Of a stretch of DNA of 17,154 nt, positions 1-7,150 are shown piece after piece. The position numbers and the translations under genes are program-made. Source of the DNA: Myxococcota bacterium (GTDB lineage Bacteria > Myxococcota_A > Polyangia > Polyangiales > Sandaracinaceae); contig JAYZQJ010000263.1 of assembly GCA_036149055.1 (NCBI GenBank), forward strand, positions 1 through 17,154, given 5' to 3'. The notes under the pieces are model-generated. The model saw nothing but the letters and a program-made list of their open reading frames with translations. It was not told the DNA's origin and searched no databases. Numbering within the stretch: the stretch's first letter is position 1; each line of letters starts with the position of its first letter.

Positions 1-36
1 CACCCGGAGCGGAGACAGGTCTGACGGCGCAGCGGG

Positions 37-69
37 GGGGAGGGGGTTGAAAAGCCCCTCCCCACAAAC
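37..69 (-). repeat. REP-like hairpin element immediately downstream of the cytochrome stop (may continue left of position 37)
   Basis: GGGGAGGGG (37-45) pairs with CCCCTCCCC (55-63). The minus strand reads TGA-GTTTGTGGGGAGGGGCTTTTCAACCCCCTCCCC, similar to the elements at about 9631-9720 and 16995-17154. Confidence 0.55.
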
Positions 70-1284
70 TCAGCCCCCCCAGCGGGTGCGGAGGGCGTCG
101 AGGTCTCCGTGGCAGGTGCGACAGGCCCGGGCGTTGCTCTGCAGGGCCGGGAGACACGAGGCGACGAAGCCCGGCGGGTGCGGGCTGACGCCGGCGCCGA
201 TGCCGAGCGCGCCGTGGCACTGCACGCAGTCGCGCTCGGCGTGGCAGCTGGCGCAGGCGTTCATCGCGCGGCGGGCCTCGAGGCCGTGCAGCACCGGGCC
301 TCGCACCCAGACCGCGTTGGGCGGGTGGTAGCGCTCGGCGGCGCGGACGTCCGGGGCCGAGAGCGGCGAGAGCCCGAGCCGGGCGTGACACTCGGTGCAG
401 AACCGCGAGGTCTCGTGGCAGCTCGTGCAGCGCGGCTGATCCCGCCTCGCCTGCGCGACGTGGGTGGTGAGGTAGTCGCCGGGGTGCACGCGGCGGGGGC
501 GGACGCGGCCGTCGTGGCAGTCGGCGCAGTCGGACTCCTGGTGGCACTCCCCGCACATCCCGCCCTGGTCGGCGCCGACCCAGCGATGCCGGACCAGCCA
601 CTCGTGGTCGTGGCGCATGCCGAAGAGCCACTCGGGCGGGTTCAGCTCGCCCTCGGGCCAGCGGGTCCGCAGCATGCCGTCGGGGCGGGTCAGGTGGCAG
701 GTCTCGCACTCGGCGGGGGCCGTCGCCTCCGCCGCGAAGCCGGGGGGCCCGTGGCACTCGAAGCACTGCCGCATCGTGGGCAGGTGCTCCCGGGTCGCGA
801 GGCCCGCGCGGCCGACGCCCTGGTGACAGGTGAGGCATCGCATGCCGTCCTCCACGTGCTGGCGGTGGGAGAAGCGGAGGCGCGCGGTCGGGAAGTCCGA
901 GGCCGGGACGAGCTGATCGCCGCGCTCGCCGAAGCCCTGGTGGCAGGTCGCGCAGCGGGTCTCGCGGTCGGGGGCGTCGCGGTCGAGGTCGGCGGCGTGA
1001 CAGGGCTGGCAGCTGTCCTCCGGCGGGATGAGCAGATCCTCCGCCCGCTCGCTCACGCCGGCGCCGCGGTGACAGCGCACGCAGCGCAGCTCGCGGTGCG
1101 CCGGGAGCGCGTGGTCCATGCGGAGCGCGATCCGTTGCGGCGGGTAGACCACCGGCGAAGGCAGGCGGGGCACGTCGGTCGCGGCGGCCGGCGGCCGGCT
1201 CTGTCCTCGAGCGCCGCGGTGCGCGCCGAGCACCGCCGCGGAGGCGAGCGCCAGGAGAGCCAGACAGGTCGTCGCGCGCCTCAT
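70..1284 (-). CDS. Secreted multiheme c-type cytochrome with 13 CxxCH motifs (404 aa)
   Basis: Likely start is ATG at 1284, overlapping the upstream stop (ATGA). Signal peptide MRRATTCLALLALASAAVLGAHRGARG. Motifs: CVRCH, CQPCH, CATCH, CLTCH, CFECH, CETCH, CGECH, CADCH, CTSCH, CTECH, CASCH, CVQCH, CRTCH. c3/c7-type His pairs MDHALPAH and FSHRQH. Confidence 0.95.
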   Translation of the reverse strand: MRRATTCLALLALASAAVLGAHRGARGQSRPPAAATDVPRLPSPVVYPPQRIALRMDHALPAHRELRCVRCHRGAGVSERAEDLLIPPEDSCQPCHAADLDRDAPDRETRCATCHQGFGERGDQLVPASDFPTARLRFSHRQHVEDGMRCLTCHQGVGRAGLATREHLPTMRQCFECHGPPGFAAEATAPAECETCHLTRPDGMLRTRWPEGELNPPEWLFGMRHDHEWLVRHRWVGADQGGMCGECHQESDCADCHDGRVRPRRVHPGDYLTTHVAQARRDQPRCTSCHETSRFCTECHARLGLSPLSAPDVRAAERYHPPNAVWVRGPVLHGLEARRAMNACASCHAERDCVQCHGALGIGAGVSPHPPGFVASCLPALQSNARACRTCHGDLDALRTRWGG

Positions 1285-2678
1285 CGCCACGTGTCCACCC
1301 TCAGCGCGAGGACCGCGCGGAAGCGGTTGCCGATCACCCGGCTCGCCGCGTGCTGCAGCTCGGCCAGGACCAGGGTCTCCGGGCTCAAGCGGAAGCGGCC
1401 GCTCAGCACCTCGGACACCACGGTGCCGTAGAGCTGCTCCCGGTTGGGGTCGTCGAAGTGCCAGACCGACACGTCGAGCCCGAGCTCGAGCCACCCGAGC
1501 AGCGGACGGCGCACGTCGAAGGACACGCCGGCGAGCGGGCCGAGCGCGCCGCTCCACGCGAACCCGGTGGCGCCGAAGCGGAAGCCCTCCCAGCGCGCGC
1601 GGAACCATCCGTCGATCCCGGCGTCGAGATCCTCGCCGAACGGCGGCCCGAGCTCCGCCCGTCGACCCCTGAGCGCCCCACCCACGGTGAGATCGTCGCT
1701 GAGCTTCCAGCGCGCCCCGAGGTCCGCCTGGTCGATGGGGGCCACCACGAACCACGCCCAGATGGTCCCGGGATCGAAGCGCGGCACGTGCCGCGAGACC
1801 CCGGCGCGGACGAGGAAGGTGTCGTCACCCACCGCCGCGCGCCCGGACGCCGCGATGACCTCGCTGGTCAGCAGGTCCCAGACCCCGTTGGCGTCGAGCC
1901 GCAGCCAGTCGACCGGTTGGCTCGAGGCGGCGCCCGAGACCCGCGAGAGCACCTCGCCGTCGGTCTCCCACATCTGTCGGAACCCCACCCGCAGCTGCAG
2001 CGCTCGGCCGGGCCCGCCGGCCACCGACGCCCCGGCGACCCAGGTGTCGATCGGCGGATCGGCCCAGGGCACGTCCTGCGCGTCGAGCCGGATCGCCCCC
2101 GGCAGCTCCGAGCGCGGGGTGCCGGCGAGGCTCGTGCCCCGGACGAGCAGCCCGCCGAGCGCCTCGAGCCGGACCCACGACGCGGGCACCACCCGGACGC
2201 TCAGCCCGTCGAAGCGCGCGAAGCCGATGTCGTCGAGCGCCAGCTGACGACCGAGCCGCGCCGACGTGCCGAGGGGCAGCCCCGACGTCTCCACCCACAC
2301 CGCGGGCACGTCGAGCCGGGTGTCGGCCGCGAGCGGCTGCCAGGCGCCCGGATCGTCGGCGTCCACCGCGTTCACGCAGAGCTCCGCGTCCAGCAGGCAC
2401 GTCTCGCCGAAGTCCTGCTCGAGCCGCAGCTGAGCCTCCGCCGTCACCCGGAGCACCCGGCCCTCGTCGTCCGGCTCCTCGAGGTCGTGGCTGAGCCGCA
2501 GCGCGAGCCGGGAGAGCAGCCGTCGCCGCGCCCAGAACGCCCGCGCGCCGGGAGAGCGCACCTCGTAGACCTGGAAGCTGGTGTCGGTGTCCAGCTCGAC
2601 GTCGAGCGCCCGCGCGACCGGCGCGCCGATCCCGACGCTCGCCAGCGCGCAGCTCAGCGCGATCCAGGGGCGCGCCAC
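1281..2678 (-). CDS. Probable outer-membrane beta-barrel protein (465 aa), candidate porin partner of the cytochrome
   Basis: GTG start and signal peptide ending ARA|LD. Many alternating amphipathic strand-like segments (LRVTAEAQLRL, LRLDANGVWD, LELGLDVSVWHF). C-terminal strand with late aromatic (VLALRVDTWR). LGRQ..DG motif typical of such barrels. Translationally coupled to the cytochrome. Confidence 0.75.
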   Translation of the reverse strand: MARPWIALSCALASVGIGAPVARALDVELDTDTSFQVYEVRSPGARAFWARRRLLSRLALRLSHDLEEPDDEGRVLRVTAEAQLRLEQDFGETCLLDAELCVNAVDADDPGAWQPLAADTRLDVPAVWVETSGLPLGTSARLGRQLALDDIGFARFDGLSVRVVPASWVRLEALGGLLVRGTSLAGTPRSELPGAIRLDAQDVPWADPPIDTWVAGASVAGGPGRALQLRVGFRQMWETDGEVLSRVSGAASSQPVDWLRLDANGVWDLLTSEVIAASGRAAVGDDTFLVRAGVSRHVPRFDPGTIWAWFVVAPIDQADLGARWKLSDDLTVGGALRGRRAELGPPFGEDLDAGIDGWFRARWEGFRFGATGFAWSGALGPLAGVSFDVRRPLLGWLELGLDVSVWHFDDPNREQLYGTVVSEVLSGRFRLSPETLVLAELQHAASRVIGNRFRAVLALRVDTWR

Positions 2679-2689
2679 GTCCGGTCAGC

Positions 2690-3145
2690 TCACGCGTCGC
2701 TCGAGCGGCGCGCTCCGTAGCGTTGCGCGAGGGCGTCGTCCCAGGCGTCGGCCACCCGGCCCACGTTGCGGATGAGGCCGTCCACCTCCGAGGCGTCGAG
2801 GTCGCGCACCGAGCGCTCGGAGACCACCACCACCTCGCCGCCGCTGATCGCGAACGCGGCCCCGACCAGCTTGGCGGCGTTGGCCTCGAGCAGCTCCCGC
2901 GACAGGGCCGGCACCTGGTCGGCGGCCGGGAGGTGGATCACCGGCGCCACCACCCGGATGCGCCCCTCGGTGAGATCGCCGCTCGGGGCGTGCACCGCGA
3001 TCAGGATGCGCGCGCTCCCGCGCCGCAGCGCGTACGCCACGTGGCCCTCCCGCTGCGTCCGGCTCGACGCCGGATCGATCCCGAGCCCCCGGATCGTCCG
3101 CTCCACCAGGCCGACCGCGTTCTCCACGTCCGCATCTGCGCTCAT
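2690..3145 (-). CDS. YbjN/CesT-like (type III chaperone fold) protein (151 aa)
   Basis: ATG at 3145 with GGAG shortly upstream. Sequence YALRRGSARILI...IRVVAPVIHLP...LSRELLEANA..LVGAAFAI...RSVRDLDASEVDGLIRNVGRVADAWDDAL matches the YbjN/CesT pattern. Stop lies 11 bp before the barrel gene start. Confidence 0.8.
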   Translation of the reverse strand: MSADADVENAVGLVERTIRGLGIDPASSRTQREGHVAYALRRGSARILIAVHAPSGDLTEGRIRVVAPVIHLPAADQVPALSRELLEANAAKLVGAAFAISGGEVVVVSERSVRDLDASEVDGLIRNVGRVADAWDDALAQRYGARRSSDA

Positions 3146-3234
3146 GCGGTGATCTCCGTCGAGCGGCGCCGCGGTGTCAAGCCGAAGGTGCCGCGGCTGG
3201 ACGGCGGCCCGGGAGAGGCCCAAGCTCGCGGCCC

Positions 3235-3897
3235 GTGCTCGACGCCGCCTTCGACGCCCTCACGCAGCAGCTCACCGACGCGGACGGCGGCGCCGATCTC
3301 GACCGGGCGCGTGAGGCCTTCTGCGCGCGGACCGGCGACTTCGGCCTCGAGGACGCCTTCTACGAGGCGCGCACCCGGGCGCTCTTCGACTTCTGGCTCT
3401 GCGACTGGGTCGGCGCCGACGGCACCCGCCCCCCGACGCGCAACCGCGACCCCGCGCTCGCCGAGGTGGCGGCCGCCTGTCTCCACGCCGAGCGCGGCCT
3501 CTTCCGGGTGGTCGACGCCGAGCCGCTCCAGGTCGAGGAGCTGGTCTTCGGCGCCCGGGTGCGGCTTCCGTCCGGGCTCTCGGAGCGCTTCCGCCCCGGC
3601 GACGTCTTCGACGGACGGCTGCTCATCGTATCGGGATCGATTCAGGTCACACCGGGCGCGCTCTTCCATCCCCCCGAGGCGCACGAGGCCCTCGACGCCC
3701 TCCTGCCCGACGTCCGAGGGCTGGGGCTCGGGCGGAGCGAGATCCTCGACGGCCTGCTCCGGATGCGCATGCGGCTGCACCGGTTCACGAGCATCCGGCC
3801 GCGCCACCTGTACCGCCTCGACGCGCTCCTGGAGCCCGACATCAACAGCGCGGGCTGGGCGAAGAAAGCGCAGTCATTCTCGACGAATGAGCGCTGA
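3235..3897 (+). CDS. Hypothetical protein (220 aa)
   Basis: GTG start, GC3-biased codons and globular composition. Divergent from the YbjN-like gene and convergent on rnpB. No family recognised with confidence. Confidence 0.75.
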   Translation: MLDAAFDALTQQLTDADGGADLDRAREAFCARTGDFGLEDAFYEARTRALFDFWLCDWVGADGTRPPTRNRDPALAEVAAACLHAERGLFRVVDAEPLQVEELVFGARVRLPSGLSERFRPGDVFDGRLLIVSGSIQVTPGALFHPPEAHEALDALLPDVRGLGLGRSEILDGLLRMRMRLHRFTSIRPRHLYRLDALLEPDINSAGWAKKAQSFSTNER

Positions 3898-3940
3898 AGC
3901 CAATTCTTGGGTGAGGTTCTGCCGCCCGGCCTCTGTCCCC

Positions 3941-3977
3941 AAAAAGCGACGGCGCCCCCCGAGATGGGAGGCGCCGC
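3941..3977 (-). terminator. Intrinsic terminator of rnpB
   Basis: Minus strand GCGGCGCCTCCC-ATCTC-GGGGGGCGCCGT followed by CGC-TTTTT, directly after the 3' strand of P1. Confidence 0.8.
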
Positions 3978-4379
<402 letters not shown>

Positions 4380-4455
4380 CCGCTGAGGTAACCCGGCCCC
4401 GCGAGGCGCGCACGCGAAAAGTTGACCGGATCGGCGCGCTCGATACCGTCGGCTC

Positions 4456-5685
4456 GTGCGTCCCCTCCGCCTCGCGATCGTCTGTGTGCTCCTCGGCCTC
4501 GGCTGCGGTGGGGAGGCCGCGCCACCGGCGGCGACGGTCGACGCGGGCGCGCCCGCCGAGGTGACCACCGCGCCGCCGGCCCCGTCCGCGCGACCGGCGC
4601 GACCGGAGCCGCCCACCCCCGCGGCGCGCCCGGCGGTGGTGGCCCGCGCCGGTGACGTGGTCTCGGTGGCGGCGGGCACGTTGAAGGTGGGGAGCCGCCC
4701 GGGGGTGCCGCACCGCCGCCCGAGCGTCGAGGCGGATCTGACCCCGCTCGCGCTGCCGGCGTTCGACATCGACCGTCTCCCCTACCCGAACGATCCCGAC
4801 CAGGAGCCCCGGCTCGCCGCCACCCGCGCGGAGGCGGCGCAGCTCTGCGAGGCGCGCGGCCGCCGGCTCTGCGACGAGCTCGAGTGGGAGCGCGCGTGCC
4901 GCGGCGACGGCGACGACGAGTTCGCGACCGGGGACGCCCTCGACCTCGAGGCGTGCGTCGCCGACCCGACCGCCTGCCCCTCCGAGCTGGGCGTGCTCGA
5001 CCTCGGCGTCCGCGCGCCCGAGTGGACGGCGAGCGACGCCGACGAGCGCCTCGCCCGGCTCGAGCGCACCGCGGTGGTGCGCGGCGGGCGCCCGGACTCC
5101 AGCCTGGCGTCGCACCGCTGCGGCGCGCGCCACGTGAAGAACCCGGCCGGCGGAGGCCGCGCCCTCGCCTTCCGCTGCTGCGGCGGCGAGGCGCCCTCGG
5201 TGAGCTACCCCGACGTGGGCGTGCGCCGGCTCTGGCGCGACCTCGAGGACGTCGGCGCCGAGCGCTGGCGCGAGATCCTGGCCTCGGTGCCCGAGCTGGC
5301 GCCCTACGCGCAGGACTTCGTCCCGTACGGCGAGACGGCGGCGCTGCGGGCGCTGGCGCGCGGCGGGGCGAGCGAAGAGGACATGCAGTGGGAGCTGACC
5401 CGGCACCCCTTCGCGTGGTCGCCGTCGACCGGCGAGGAGGTCTGGATCGTGTCGGGCCGAGGCGGCGACGTCTCGCTGCTCGCCGCGCTCTACACCCACC
5501 CGGACGGCAGCTTCTCCCACGCGGCCAGCTTCTTCGTGCGTGAAGAAGAGCCGCCCCCCTTCGCGGTGCTCCGCACCCGGGCGTCCCGCGGAGAGCTGCT
5601 CTGGTCGACCTGCTGGGGCTGCGCCGGCGAGAGCGGCGTCGTCCGCTTCGCCGAAGACGCCACCATCGTCATCGCCCAGCAGTGA
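4456..5685 (+). CDS. Lipoprotein with formylglycine-generating-enzyme (FGE/SUMF1)-like domain (409 aa)
   Basis: Lipobox LGLG-C and Pro/Ala linker. Motifs AFDIDRLPYPN, EAAQLCEARGRRLCDELEWERAC, GVLDLG...EWT, VVRGG and AFRCC, followed by an additional C-terminal domain. Confidence 0.88.
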   Translation: MRPLRLAIVCVLLGLGCGGEAAPPAATVDAGAPAEVTTAPPAPSARPARPEPPTPAARPAVVARAGDVVSVAAGTLKVGSRPGVPHRRPSVEADLTPLALPAFDIDRLPYPNDPDQEPRLAATRAEAAQLCEARGRRLCDELEWERACRGDGDDEFATGDALDLEACVADPTACPSELGVLDLGVRAPEWTASDADERLARLERTAVVRGGRPDSSLASHRCGARHVKNPAGGGRALAFRCCGGEAPSVSYPDVGVRRLWRDLEDVGAERWREILASVPELAPYAQDFVPYGETAALRALARGGASEEDMQWELTRHPFAWSPSTGEEVWIVSGRGGDVSLLAALYTHPDGSFSHAASFFVREEEPPPFAVLRTRASRGELLWSTCWGCAGESGVVRFAEDATIVIAQQ

Positions 5686-5706
5686 GCCCCAGGCTCACTT
5701 CGTTCT
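5681..5706 (+). terminator. Possible weak intrinsic terminator
   Basis: AGTGAGCC-CCA-GGCTCACT hairpin spanning the stop codon, followed by TCGTTCT. Confidence 0.35.
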
Positions 5707-5923
5707 GCGGGTCTCGTCCGGCTGCGAATTGGCTCTCGCAAAGGCGCAAGGCCGCCAAGGGGCTGGGGGGCGACGGGGAGGCGGCTGGCCGCCGGGTTCA
5801 CGATCGCCGGCTTCGTGCTGTGGGTCTCGTCGGGCTGCGAATTGGCTCTCGCAAAGACGCAAGGACGCAAAGGGGCCGGGGGGCCTCGGGGTGGGGGCTG
5901 GGCGCCGGAGTCACGATCGCCAG
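5698..5923. repeat. Two tandem imperfect 113-bp direct repeats
   Basis: Copies at 5698-5810 and 5811-5923 share CTTCGT.CTG.GGGTCTCGTC.GGCTGCGAATTGGCTCTCGCAAAG.CGCAAGG.CGC.AAGGGGC...TCACGATCGCC. Confidence 0.9.
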
Positions 5924-5928
5924 CAATC

Positions 5929-6156
5929 TCGGACTCTGACTCGGACTCTGACTCGGGCTCGGAGTCGGTCGCGGAGGCGGACTGTGGCTCGGGTTCGGAC
6001 CGTGGCTCGAGGTGGGACTCGGCGCCGGTCTCGGAGCGGGTCTCGGAGTCGGACTCGGACTCGGCGTCGGTTTCGGTCTCGGTCTCGGACTCGGACTCGG
6101 ACTCGGTCTCGGATTCGGATTCGGTTTCGCGCTCGGGCTCGGGCTCGCTGTCGTTC
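5929..6156. repeat. Degenerate hexamer tandem array (TCGGNN)n, about 38 units
   Basis: Units such as TCGGAC, TCGGTC, TCGGGC and TCGGAT stay in 6-bp phase over about 230 bp. Confidence 0.9.
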
Positions 6157-6237
6157 GGAGCTGGCGTCGCACTCGGAGACCGAGTCGGGCCTCGCCGGTG
6201 ACTACACGGGGCGGCGGGCCCGTGGTAGCCCGAGATC

Positions 6238-6993
6238 ATGCGGTATGGACGGGTCGAGCACGGGGGCCGGGCGCGCTGGGCGCGCTTCGATGGGGAGCGG
6301 GCGATCCTGCTGGACCGCGCCCCCTGGGACGGCGGAGAGGCGGACGGGGAGACGACGGGCGCCAGGCGGCTCGCGCCGGTCGCGCCGAGCAAGATCGTGT
6401 GCGTGGGCCGGAACTACCGGGCGCACGCCGAGGAGCTCGGCAACGAGGTGCCGGCCGAGCCCCTGCTCTTCCTCAAGCCGCCGAGCACGCTGCTCGCGTC
6501 GGGGGACGACGTCGTCTGGCCGGCGGCCTCCGAGCGGGTGGACTTCGAGGGCGAGGTCGCGGCGGTGATCGCGCGGCCGATGAGGGACGTGACCCCCGAG
6601 GCGGCGGCCGCCGGAGTGTTCGGCCTCACCTGCGCGAACGACGTGACCGCGCGCGATCTCCAGCGGGCCGACGTGCAGTTCACCCGCGGCAAGGGCTTCG
6701 ACACGTTCTGCCCGGTCGGCCCGTGGATCGAGACCGAGACCCCGGCGCTCGACGCGGTGGTGCTGCGGACCCGGGTGGACGGCGAGCTCCGCCAGCAAGG
6801 GCGCACCGCGCAGATGGTCTGGGGGATCGCGGCCTTGATCTCCTACATCTCAGGCGTCATGACCCTCGAGCCGGGCGATCTCGTGCTGACCGGGACCCCC
6901 GAGGGCGTGGGCCCGCTGTCCCCCGGTCAGCAGGTCGAGGTCGAGATCGAGGGGGTCGGGACGCTCGTGCACGGCGTCCGTACTTCGCCGTAA
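6238..6993 (+). CDS. Fumarylacetoacetate hydrolase (FAH) family protein (251 aa)
   Basis: Motifs PSKIVCVGRNYRAHAEE, PLLFLKPPS, VDFEGEVAAVI, CANDVTARDLQ, RGKGFDTFCPVGPW and TLEPGDLVLTGTPEGVG. Confidence 0.97.
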   Translation: MRYGRVEHGGRARWARFDGERAILLDRAPWDGGEADGETTGARRLAPVAPSKIVCVGRNYRAHAEELGNEVPAEPLLFLKPPSTLLASGDDVVWPAASERVDFEGEVAAVIARPMRDVTPEAAAAGVFGLTCANDVTARDLQRADVQFTRGKGFDTFCPVGPWIETETPALDAVVLRTRVDGELRQQGRTAQMVWGIAALISYISGVMTLEPGDLVLTGTPEGVGPLSPGQQVEVEIEGVGTLVHGVRTSP

Positions 6994-7086
6994 GAATCTT
7001 TACGCCGGGCCCATCGGCCCACCGACCCTCACGGGCGGCTCCCTTCTTTTCTTGCTAGTTTCGCGACGTTGAGTCCTGGGCCGCTC

Positions 7087-7102
7087 TGGCACGCCCCTTG
7101 AT
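7087..7102 (+). promoter_or_regulatory. Putative sigma54 (-24/-12) promoter of the FG-GAP lipoprotein gene
   Basis: TGGCACG-CCCC-TTGAT versus consensus TGGCACG-N4-TTGCW (one mismatch, correct spacing). It lies 48 bp before the GTG start; RBS AGGAG at 7141-7145. Confidence 0.65.
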
Positions 7103-7150
7103 TCAGACGCGCGCGCGGGCCCACCTCGCCCGCCCCCCGTAGGAGCACTC

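Noticed and set aside
1285..1755. N-terminal extension of ORF 70..1755
   Set aside because: Arg-rich out-of-frame read through the barrel gene; the signal peptide begins at ATG 1284.
3175..3180. TTGACA on the minus strand upstream of the YbjN-like gene
   Set aside because: No plausible -10 at 16-19 bp, and too close to the start codon.
5698..5923. Possible CRISPR array
   Set aside because: Only two units, similar along their whole length with no unique spacers, and no cas genes in the window.
5490..6392. ORFs through the hexamer tract (5815..6201 SD-repeat, 5490..6392 ES-repeat, GL and RT frames)
   Set aside because: Open frames are expected from a stop-free hexamer repeat. There is no RBS or signal peptide, and several overlap real genes.
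7007..7053. Terminator after the FAH gene
   Set aside because: Stems are short and imperfect and separated from the T-run; not convincing.
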